A DNA stretch of 64,000 nucleotides, from the NCBI GenBank assembly GCA_002189035.1, contig CM007992.1:2542001-2606000 (forward strand), in the 5' to 3' direction. A program made the translations under genes and the position numbers. The notes under the pieces were generated by a model that was given only the letters and a program-made list of their open reading frames with translations, was not told where the DNA came from and ran no database searches. Shown piece after piece: positions 53,383 through 64,000 of the stretch. Every line of letters begins with the position of its first letter. Within the stretch, counting starts at the first letter, position 1. The DNA comes from Utricularia gibba. Its lineage: Eukaryota; Plantae; Magnoliophyta.

Positions 53383-55621
53383 ATGATGGAGGTTGCTGCC
53401 AGCTCTCGGATTCTTCCTCAGATGAATCTTGATCGAACATCTTCAGGGTGAGTCCCTTCTTTTCCACTGAACCTTCCTCTGGATCAGTGATGGGTAAGGG
53501 TACTCTTTTGGTAGGAAGGGTTTATGGTTTTGTTTAACAATATTTAAACCCCTACATATCAGTGTAATGCCTTAAGATGATTTGGGTTTGGGGAGTATGC
53601 TAATCATTCTGCGATCACAGGGTGAAGATGCGGAGTGAATTGTTGCCAAAGCGGTTGAACACTCTAAAGGCTTCTATGGCTCCTTATTCTACCGCAAATG
53701 GGATTACGAACAATGTAGAAGGTGCACCGTCGTTAAGACTTCCTGCCCAGAAAACTGATTCTGTTGGAAGAGTATACAGCTCTGCAGGGGTATTGCCATA
53801 CTATGCGAATGTCGTCGAACATGTTTCTGAGGAAAGGATTGGGGTTTTGCTTTTGAATCTTGGTGGGCCGGAGACTTTGAATGATGTGCAGCCTTTCCTG
53901 TTCAATTTGTTTGCAGATCCTGTAAGTTGTACTACGAGCTTTGTTGCCTGTTATGCCGTGAATGATATCTCCTATGCTGCATTGCAGGACATCATCCGTC
54001 TCCCGAGATTATTCCGATTCCTTCAACGTCCTTTGGCACAACTTATTTCAGTCGTTCGAGCCCCTAAAAGCAAAGAGGGATATGCTGCTATTGGAGGAGG
54101 CTCACCATTACGTAAAATTACAGATGAGCAGGTAAAACAATTTTACTTCACCTAGTTCTTAATACTTTTTCGAGGGATTTCCATACATCTGTATATAAGA
54201 GGTGTCTTTTTTTCAGGCAAGTGCTTTAAAATTGGCCCTAGAGGCTAAGGATGTTCCAGCAAACGTGTATGTGGCAATGCGGTACTGGCATCCATTCACT
54301 GAGGAAGCAATTCATCAGGTAAACTCAAGTTCTGATTTCCTTAGCCGTTTTGGTGATAATGTTGTTGCATTAATCTGATAGAAAATATAACATCATTTGT
54401 GTTTTCGTGTCCTCTTATAGATTAAAAGAGATGGGATCACAAGGCTTGTGGTGTTGCCACTCTACCCTCAGTACTCTATATCGACGTCTGGTTCAAGTAT
54501 CCGTGTTCTCCAGGACATATTCATGTAGGGTACATTTATATCCATTTCAGAGCAGCCTCTTGCTGCAAGATACGGTCTAATTACAATGGGATATGTTTAT
54601 CAGGAACGATCCGCATTTATCTCAGCTGCCAGTGGCCATCATAAAGTCATGGTACCAGAGGGAAGGCTACATCAAGTCTATGGCTGATTTGATCCAAAAG
54701 GATTTACAGAAGTTCCCTAACCCAGAAGAGGTCTGCAGATTTTCATATGGACCTTCAGCATCAAGGTTTCTAATTATAAGATGGCCTTACTATGAAAAAA
54801 AAAATTCTTTTTTCAGGCTACCATATTTTTCAGTGCACATGGAGTTCCTGTTAGTTATGTTGAGGATGCTGGTGACCCTTATCAAGTCCAGATGGAAGAC
54901 TGTGTTTTTTTGATCATGCAAGAACTTAAAAACAGAGGTGTCAATAACCCACATACCTTGGCTTACCAGGTTAGTATAGCAACAAATGTCAATAACTCCA
55001 ATGCATCGTTCCTTTGCAGTTTTTTCGAGCAATGCTTCTTTTCATGGTGCTGCTGTTTTCCCAGCACACACAAAATGCAACTTCTACTGTTTTTTCTGAT
55101 TATTCTTACATGATTAAAACTTGTATTCCAGAGCCGGGTAGGGCCAGTGCAATGGTTAAAGCCATATACAGATGAAGTTTTGGTAGAGCTCGGTCAAAAA
55201 GGAGTCAAGTCTCTGTTAGCTGTTCCAGTGAGGTATGCCTCTCCTAGATTCAACAACCGTACTGCGTGCACTCATGAACAATTCTAATTCAATGAACCTG
55301 TCCTCGATGCTCAGCTTTGTGAGCGAGCACATAGAAACTCTGGAGGAGATCGATGTGGAGTACAGAGAGTTGGCTCTGGAATCAGGCATTTCGAACTGGG
55401 GTCGTGTGCCCGCCCTCAACTGCAATCCCAGATTCATGAACGATCTCGCGGATTCTGTAATCGAAGCTCTGCCTTCCGCCATGACGATCTCACCCTCCGG
55501 CGCCATCGGAGAAGAGGACGGTAATGATGCTCTGAAGATGATGCTCGGCTCCATCTTAGCATTCATTCTGCTTCTGTCACGCAAGGCTGTGATAGCGTTT
55601 CATCGGGGTGACATCTTGTAG
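53383..55621 (+). CDS. FC1: Ferrochelatase, FC1 type, about 467 aa; exons 53383-53447, 53621-53921, 53988-54131, 54217-54318, 54421-54524, 54604-54730, 54817-54969, 55132-55232, 55315-55621
   Basis: [71 protein letters not shown] and [14 protein letters not shown]. The C-terminus [15 protein letters not shown] lacks the CAB motif of FC2. Confidence 0.93.
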
Positions 55622-55843
55622 AAGAAAGACAGGGAAATAGTATCCATGCCACATTTGGCCTTTGGTGGTATCATTTTCTTTTAATTAGAATTAATTCTAT
55701 AATTTTTATTATAATTATTTGAAAATTAGAGCAACATAAAAATAAAGTTAATATGTTTGGAATTCCAACTGACGGAAAAGAAGGCTCATATTAACCCAAA
55801 CACTTAGATGGAAAAGAGAAGAGAGGGGAAAGAATAATCTATA

Positions 55844-56371
55844 GCAGTGTTTGAAAATCCTAAGAATCAATTTTATCATGTATGATTCTTAATAAAATTG
55901 ATTGTGTCTTTCAAACGTATATCAAAATTCTATTCTTCGATAATTAATTTTTAGAATTTTTTTACTTTTATGAGAATCATTGGATATTAAATTCTTTATG
56001 GGAATTTATTTTTGAGAAGTAATTCTAAAATTAAAATTACAGTTATATTTTTATAAATAATTATAAATAATAATATTATAAATAATTTAAATTAAATTAA
56101 TTATATAAATTATAATTTAAAATTATATAATATTTTTATAATACAAATGATATGTAAAAAAATATTTTTAAATTATAAGTCTATGAAATATAATTATTAA
56201 TAATATAGATAAATATGTCACTTATTAAAATCAATTCTAATTTTTGATATTCCAAACTAATTTTATTTTAAAAGAATCATTTTCAAAAAAACAGTTACAA
56301 ACATATATCAATTTTCATTTTATCAGAATTTTCAATTTTTCCAAAATTAACTGTTTTTTTCAAACGTACTC
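55844..56371. mobile_element. Possible Tourist-like MITE
   Basis: AT-rich segment with imperfect inverted ends GCAGTGTTTGAAAA and TTTTCAAACGTACTC, flanked by TA-rich bases; weak evidence. Confidence 0.3.
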
Positions 56372-57803
56372 TATATTAGTTAAAATCTTGAATGTAGAAT
56401 ATTATAGGGTATCTGAGTAATCCTTAATATTTAATAAAAATAACATAATTAATCTCTATTGATATATTTAATTCTCATATTTTGATATACTAGATATATT
56501 TAGTTTTTATATTTTTTACTTATCGAATACATTTAGTTCATAAACTTTTTTACTTTAATTATTTTGTATCTCCATTTTTTAAATATCAAATTCTAATTAA
56601 TATCAAGTATTTAAAAACTAGATATATTTGATCTCAATAGTTTTACAATTTGTAAAATTATTTTTCATTTTTTTAGATTAATAATTGGCTATAGCCAGCC
56701 ATCATCCATCACCGTCGCCCCCGCCCGCCGCCCATGCTTTCTACCGTTCCCCACACTCACCGCAGGCTCGAGTTTGTGGTGGGCGGTGGTTGACGGCAAT
56801 CCGTATTAATAAAAAATTGAATTAGGAAAAAAAGTAAAGTTTGTAATTGAAGATCAATTGTACCATTAATGTAAATAGTGATGAATGTCTTTGCTCAATT
56901 TTTAAGGATCAATTATAAATGATTTCGAAAGAATGAGAGTTACAAACAGTACCAATTATTTGCATAATGTTTTTCGAATATTTATATAATGGGAAAAGAG
57001 TGTGGCTATATTTGATATATATATCACACGGATGAAAATGAAACGGCTATAATGTACATAATAAATCATAAAGATCATTATTTATATAAAAAAGTATTAT
57101 TACTATTATAATTATTATCATGCATGTTGGGCTAGTGATGTGTAACTAAATGCAAATCGGCCAGGTGGATGGGCAGCAGGACGGAGAGATGACGATGATG
57201 TCCACCCAATATTTTATGTATAATATAATAGTCGGAAAAAAGGTATCCAAAATCATTAAACATAAGTATTCATTTTTCTAGGTAAATACCTTTGACTGAC
57301 TGCGTGGCGGCATTGGTCAATGGACAGTAAATTATTATTAGTTACAGTACAGACAGTCAATACGATAAAAAGGCAAAAACTTATTCCTCAAATTTGACGA
57401 AAAGTACAATTAGTAGATGCACAAAATGGCGTGTGACGTAATGAGGGCAAAAGCGTCATTCACCAACCGAATCGGTGTCGGCCCAATTAAAAGCCGGTGT
57501 GGAGTGAATTCAGAGAATTGGGGCCGGGGGCTGTCGGTGGCTCAGAGAACGTCGCAAACGCTCTTCTTTTTGTAATTGCTCTTGTTGTTGTTGTTGTAGG
57601 GAAGGAAGGCACATATGGTTAGAGAGAGAGAAAGGGACGGGGAAGAAAGCGGATTGGTGGTGTCGTAACTTGAGGCTCTGCGCTCCTTCGCCTCTAGATT
57701 TCTGTTCAAGGAAAGCAGCGAAATCGGGGGATCCCGAATCATTTCTGTTCTTTCTTTCTTGCTAGTTTTGGTGGAAGAGAAAAGAAAAAAAATAGGGAGT
57801 GCA

Positions 57804-60219
57804 ATGGCGGAGTCCGTCTTTGTTGATATGGACTCCATTCCTCTCGCCGGAAAGGTTCGTGGGCGTGAAATCGACGTCTGGGTGTTTGAGTTTTGTGGGT
57901 TGCTTTTCTAGGAAATTCTGTTTTGTTCGTTGGGTAAATTTGAGACCTTTTCTGGGTTTCTTCCAAACCTTTTTTTTTTGTTTGGGATTTGAGAAGGGTA
58001 CCTGGAGATATGATTCCTCTGAAATTCGTATGTTGTGTTTACCGGGTGTATACTCTTTAATTGTTATGTTTACCGAAGCTTCAACCGTGTGTAATTTGAT
58101 CGGAATTGGAAGCTTCTTCTTTCCTTCTTTTTTTTTTTACCTTTCAGCAGTGATTTTACCTTTTTTTTTTTCTACATACGCTCTTCTTTTGTTTCTATCT
58201 CCCTCCTCTTTAATGTCTCTAGTCGGTGCAACCAATGCTCTAAAATTGCACTTTAGTCTTGTAATAAAGCTGGAATAATGTTGGGGGTTGCGTTTGTGAT
58301 CGAGGCATATTAATTTGCATTAGTTTCTGAAATATCTGGTTTTTACGGAATCCATTTCTTTTTATCGTTTCAGGAGCATTTTGTGAAAACCAACAGCGGT
58401 AATGTCTCCGTTGTCATTTTAGGAGATCGTGAAAAGCCAGCCCTTATCACGTATCCCGATTTGTCCCTAAACCGTACGTGATGAAAAGTTCCAAATTTTG
58501 TATGTAGTTAATATCTTGGTATTGTTGCTTTTTCCAACTTCTGGATTTTAGAAACATCTGTTCAGATTGACTCTAAAATGTCTGTGTTATGACAAGCACA
58601 CTCTGATGCTCTGAATTTTGACCACAGACACTTCATGCTTCCAAGGATTGTTCGCATACCAGGAGGCATTTTCCCTTCTGCTTCGCAACTTCTGCATTTA
58701 CCACATCAGTCCTCCCGGTCATGAGGTTAGTTCCCCGGTATTGGAAATTTGGAGCAGGTTACTGGTATTATTCTTGTCTTGATCGCAGCCTTCAGACGTC
58801 CTCCTGAACAATTTATGCGTGTGAAACTTTTGCAGTCCGGTGCACCAGCTGCAAGCCCTGACGAGGCCCCAATAACAGCTGATGATTTGGCTGATCAGAT
58901 TGTTGAGATCCTCAATTATTTTCGGTAACAATCATGTCTTCCTTGCTAAATTTTCCCCTCCAAACTTTTGTGCAGAAGACCTGTCCAACGATATCTCCTT
59001 TCACAGGCTTGGTACGGTAATGTGCTTAGGCGTCACTGCTGGAGCTTATATTTTAACTCTCTTTGCTGTGAGTTGTCCCCCTGTAGTTCCAAATTGCATG
59101 CGCCCGCGCCCCACTTGTTCATAAGCACTCTTGTTGATGCTTTCCCTCAGTTGAAGTACTCCGGGCGTGTCATGGGCCTTATTCTTGTTTCCCCTCTTTG
59201 TAAATCTCCATCATGGACCGAGTGGTTCTGTAACAAGGTGATGTGTTGCAGTATTTCCTTTTTTGTTTTCTAACTTCAGAAACCCACTAGTTTTAGACTT
59301 TGGCTTTGTAGAAGTATACATCTTCCTAAAACTTGCTAGCATGTTTGCAGTTGATGTCAAGTATACTCTACCTTTGCGGTATGTGTGGTGTGGTACAGGA
59401 GCTACTCCTCAGGCGCTACTTCAGCAAGGTTTCACTCTCAGCCATTGTTTTCCATGATATTCTACTACGGGGAGGCATTATGAGAAGCTATCTTCTACAC
59501 TGTTGTTTGTAGGCCGTGCTCGGGAATATCGATGTCCCTGAGACAGACATCGTCAAATCGTGTAGAAGGGTTTGTCCTCTGCACCTCCGCCTCCCTTTTA
59601 TATCAATTGCTGCTTTCCTTTAGCACCAACTCTATTGTGCATACTGCAGTCATTGTGCGAGAGGCAGAGCCATAGCGTACTCCGTTACATCGAGGCAATT
59701 AACGGGTATCTACCCATCCTTGGCTTATAATCAAGCCTAGACTGGATATGTTTTCCAACAGCATTGCTTATGTGCCGGCAGGAGACCTGACATCTCCGAT
59801 GGCCTCTGGAAGTTGAAATGCCGATCATTGATTTTCGTCGGAGAAAACTCTCCGTTCCACCACGAAGCCCTTCACATGACATCCAAGCTCGACAGGAAAT
59901 TGAGTGCCCTGGTCGAGGTCCGCCATATGAGTCACTGTTACATTGATGGCGCGCATCCTCACTGCATGTTCGCATTCCATTTCGATTTCAGGTTCAAGGG
60001 TGCGGATCAATGGTTACGCAGGAACAACCGGACGCGATGTTGATGCCCTTGGAGTACTTCCTGATGGGATACGGATACCAGAAGCAGCAGCACTCCCATT
60101 GCAGCGTGAGCCCCAGAAGCCCATTGAGCCCCACGAGCATCTCCCCTGAGCTTTTCTCACCAGAAAGCATGGGACTCAAGCTGAAGCCAATAAAGACAAC
60201 AAGAATCCAAGAAGTGTGA
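57804..60219 (+). CDS. NDL: NDL/SF21 (NDRG-family alpha/beta hydrolase fold) protein, about 346 aa; exons 57804-57854, 58374-58473, 58628-58725, 58836-58924, 59007-59067, 59151-59237, 59351-59428, 59513-59569, 59650-59705, 59782-59917, 59992-60219
   Basis: [78 protein letters not shown] and C-terminal [19 protein letters not shown]. Eleven in-phase GT-AG exons. Confidence 0.92.
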
Positions 60220-61018
60220 AGAAGGATGAAAGCACAAGGGGAAAGACAGCAGAAACAAAGCTTTGTACACAGAAATTCATTCCATTTTACATAAGTTGGT
60301 AGATACAGAGAAGAAGAGACATGGTCATAGAGGATACACCACAGTAAAAAAAAAAAAGCTGGTTTCTTTGCATGAAATTCTGTTGTCCCACTACTGCAAT
60401 TGGCCTAAACTCGAGGGTGTTGATTGGAAATAAAGAAAGTGGGTGCGTGTTTTCGTTTTCAGCCAGCTGTTGGGAAGACTTTATCAGGGAGTTTGTCTTT
60501 CTGGTTGTCTTTTTCTTGCAACCAGACAAGGCCAGCATGTCAGTATTTAATTTGTCCTACTTCTTTTTCTTTTTTCATTGTTTTATTACTTTATTTATAA
60601 TAAAGATTCTGATCCTGGATTCTCTTCCCGACCGATCTAACGTTTCAACAGTCACTTTTTTTCTTTAAATTTTGCATGTGAATTCATTCCTCTTTTCCCC
60701 CGCCAGATATTTCATTGGATTACAATAAAAGATATACAAAATGATACTTATTTCATTGGATTACTCTCACGCAGCTCTAACGAGAAATGGAACCTGCTTC
60801 TTCTCCCTCCGAGGGGCTGCCACCTTCGATGCGCTAACTTAGATTTGATGATTGGGTATGGAAGATGCAGATCAGTGGTACAGATTCTGAACTTAAACAT
60901 TTCTCTAACTGTTTAAGTTCCAGTTAGAGTGGGAAATCAGTGGTACAACATCAGCCATGACGGAGAAAGGGGATTGGCAAATGCTTGAATTATAGTAGAG
61001 TTGACGCCGATCTGAATA

Positions 61019-62557
61019 TCAAATGGCGAAGTGAGTTGGGATCCGCTTTCCGATCCCGTCGGTTTCGTCGTTGCTTCTTCTGGGCTTTCTTGTGTTCATC
61101 TCTGCGTACATTTCCTCTATCATGGGCTTCCATAGGCGTACACGAGCGTTTATGAACCAATTGGAAACCTGGGTGACCAAGGACCATCATCAAAATGCAG
61201 ACTTTAGAGTTTGAGTGATACAATTTCGATTCACCTGGCTTCTTGTTAGGCCACTTCTCAACGCCAGCAAGTGCTTGTCCGCGTCCTTTGGGTACCTGAA
61301 ATATGTTGAATTCCTTATCTGTGTGCATTTTGAGATGTGAATTCGCGGGATGCTTACGGGTGAAGGAAGTTTTGGAACATCCAGGCTTTCAATACAGAGA
61401 CTGATCTCTCGGGCAATCCTCGCTGAGGTTTCCAGAGATGTTGATCCCCTTTTTTCATCTGTTCCCTAGCCCATTGCTTTTGCAACCTAGACGATGATGA
61501 TGCACCAAGTGAAGAATAGTTAATTTCCTCTCCTTGCCTCTCGATCTGGCGTGATCCTAGTTCAAGAATGTGGTTGCTGATCCTTTCTCTGAGGTTCTTG
61601 TACATGTTAGATATTGCAGGAAGTGCGAAACGTGCGTGCAGATTTGGATCCAGGTCTGTTACTGCATGAAATGCTGAGATTACAGTGTGGGCTTCATCCA
61701 AGCAACGGCTGTATTGGCTGTCAACCTGGATTTGAGTGAAGGAGATGTTCAATCCGCAGGGTGTATGAGGGTCTTAAGACATGAAGCAAATTGTTTGGAC
61801 TAACCAGTTGCAGTAAAGCCAATAAATGCTTTTTCTTGGCTTCGACTTCCATGGTGTTGCTAGCCAGGGCTGAGCTTGACGGATTAGCTGCGTTTTCTTC
61901 AACTGAAAATTTGCTCTGCAGTTCTGGGTCTTCAAGTGAAAAGGAAGCGATTTCAGCAAGAATCTTCTGCATTGCGTGCATAAAAGCTGAGCATGAAAGC
62001 TGGAGAGGCTTGCTCGGATTGTTCATAACGTTGCTGCTACTAGAAGTGTGATCATAACCGACTTTTGGCTTTCGAAACGAATGGCTTGAAGAAGTGATCT
62101 CTGAGCATTGCTCCTGAGCAGAAAGACTTAAACCCAACTCACTGTTATAATTTCCAGAGTTGATGCTTTGCTCCCCGAGTATCCATTCATACTTTTCAGT
62201 ATGGTGTTGTGCAGCAGCCATGAAATTATTGAAGCCAGAGTCAAGAGGTAAGGCTCCACAACAGTAATCTGTAGTGTCAACTGGACAATTCCCTAAACAA
62301 GAGTTACTCTCAACATTGTTGGTTGGGCAATCAAATGGATAAGCAGGAGCACCAGCAGCAAAACTTTGCTCATTGGTGAAATTGATGAGTTCTTCCTGGA
62401 GAGAGGAAGTGGAAGCAAAAACTGGTGGGATTAACTGGTTCTGAACCAGATAATCTGAATAGTCCATTGAAGAATACATGGTCGTGCGAAATGGAGTGTC
62501 ATCTGTTTCAACAAAATTTGAAGTAGCTGCTTCTTCTTCTGCAACCCTATAACTCAT
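61019..62557 (-). CDS. ATH1: BEL1-like TALE homeodomain protein, ATH1 type, about 443 aa; exons 62557-61805, 61725-61358, 61295-61235, 61168-61019 (start codon uncertain)
   Basis: NSELGLSLS...[40 protein letters not shown]...LHARFAL, and homeodomain [30 protein letters not shown]...[21 protein letters not shown]. The POX-region wording is ATH1-like. Confidence 0.88.
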
Positions 62558-64000
62558 TCCCCTAGCACATTTTACATTGGATGTAAGGTATATTACACAA
62601 TCAATGCATATGCTGAGTATGATTCTAATGAAAACAAACTCTTGAGATCGAGAATAAAAAGCAAACCTTTTCGTTTTTGGAGAAGAAAGTAAGATATCTA
62701 TCTGCAGGTAACAGAAAAAACTGAATACAGTTTCCACTTGGGGTAGCTCAGCGCTTGCGTTGTGTAGCTGGCTTGAAGAAGAAGAAGAAGAATAATGGAG
62801 AGGTTGATACTTTTGATGATAACTATATGTAGGAAATCCCTGGTTACCCTTTCTTCCCAAACAGTCTACTGTATCATCAAAACCCAAAAAGGCTGTAAAA
62901 AGTGAGATTTCGAAATTCTCCTCTCATGCACAAAACTAGCAGCAGCAGGTGCAAGTCCGCTCATTCAACTCAACCCCACCATTCGTGAGAAGGCTATAGA
63001 ACAAAGGATGAAGGGACAGAGGGGGGAGAAATGTGATTTTGTATATTCACCTGCACAAGAAAAAATGCAACGCCCAAGGAACAGAAAAAACAGAACCTGA
63101 TCTGATTGCCACCAGACTCACTCTGTTTCTTTCTTATAAGGCTATGTGTCCATGGCTCATAATGACCAGTGGGTTCCATTCACAACCGTGGGATTTTGAA
63201 ACTATGGCATCCATGGAACAAAGTTACTGTTGAGAAGCAGGGCCAAAATGGTCCCCTCCCCCCGTGCAGATCTGTGGAAGGAGGGAGGTGGGTGTGAATC
63301 ATGGACCCGTCCTTTTTATTGCACGGGATTCAGTGAGAGGCAGAGCCACGATTGGAAAAATTGGTGGGTGGGTATGAAAAATACGTGATCCTGCAGATTC
63401 TTTCATTTCTGTTGCAGCTTTTTCAGCCTCCACGTCTCTCTCTATCTCTATCTCTTGTAGAGATCCACTTTTCAAGGTCATGTGCATGGCTACTACCCCA
63501 TGGTGAACGCAAGCAGAAAACAAATAAAAAAGATATGGTAAACAGGTATGACAGCAAAAGGAAAATGCTATAGTTATGGCTGCCTGAATGAAACAAGCAA
63601 GTTATGGCAAGTTGATGGAAATGAAAACTGTTTCACCAGCAGTGTACTTCAGTCTCTGCATCGCAATTCATTGAGTGAAGCGAGAAGGCATATTGTGAAA
63701 CAGGATAAAGACGCATAGATGGAGTTAATGCAAGGAACATGAGGAAGGTGGATGAATAGTAGCCATTCCAATGATGATGCAAGCAAAATTGGATCCGTGT
63801 CTGAGAGATCTTTGACGAACGTACATGCGCTCATCTCCATGCACAAGCAATTCCCATTTCTCCCCTCCCCTTCTGTCTTTGGTGAAAATGCTGCTATATG
63901 TAGATGTTGAGCTATCACCATCCCTCTGCACAGTGTTCAACACAATCATTTATAATTGTGCACAGTACCCACAATGGTATCTTTGCAATGCAACGCCATC

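Noticed and set aside
61721-62887. 388-aa ORF taken as the full first exon of ATH1
   Set aside because: It starts at a non-ATG codon, and the first 110 codons cross a clear splice acceptor at 62702-62707 and look intronic or UTR-like. The first in-frame ATG is at 62557.
63000-64000. Short ORFs or a miRNA hairpin upstream of ATH1
   Set aside because: No domain similarity, no match to conserved plant miRNAs that I recall, and no long fold-back visible. Treated as ATH1 promoter or leader.

Overview
Plant (angiosperm, probably eudicot) nuclear DNA, annotated by eye; splice models and identities are manual, not computed. Two transposon clusters (about 1-21 kb and 38.7-52.5 kb) alternate with compact gene blocks with short introns. 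Host genes: a FEX/CrcB-type fluoride exporter (+), an ERF014-like AP2/DREB factor (-), LACS9-type acyl-CoA synthetase (+), a TTC33-like TPR protein (+), an LRR-extensin with a 1-nt frameshift (-), FC1-type ferrochelatase (+), an NDL/SF21 protein (+) and an ATH1-like BEL1 homeodomain gene (-). Transposons: a Tekay-like Ty3 shell containing a truncated CRM-like Ty3 with an interstitial (TTTAGGG)4, a SIRE-like copia relic, two Angela/BARE-type solo LTRs, and four Athila-like LTRs sharing a covarying hairpin. Also present are an 8.8-kb TIR-bounded PIF/Harbinger element (convergent Myb/SANT and transposase genes, about 2.7 kb of unexplained cargo, three nested solo LTRs), a second Harbinger transposase relic, a MULE relic, a LINE fragment and a full-length but decayed 4.9-kb Ale-type copia with TA...CA termini. 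No rRNA, tRNA or CRISPR array was seen. I cannot demonstrate a new biological system from the sequence alone. The best leads are the Harbinger cargo, the LTR hairpin, the telomeric insertion, the LRX frameshift and the FEX variant.
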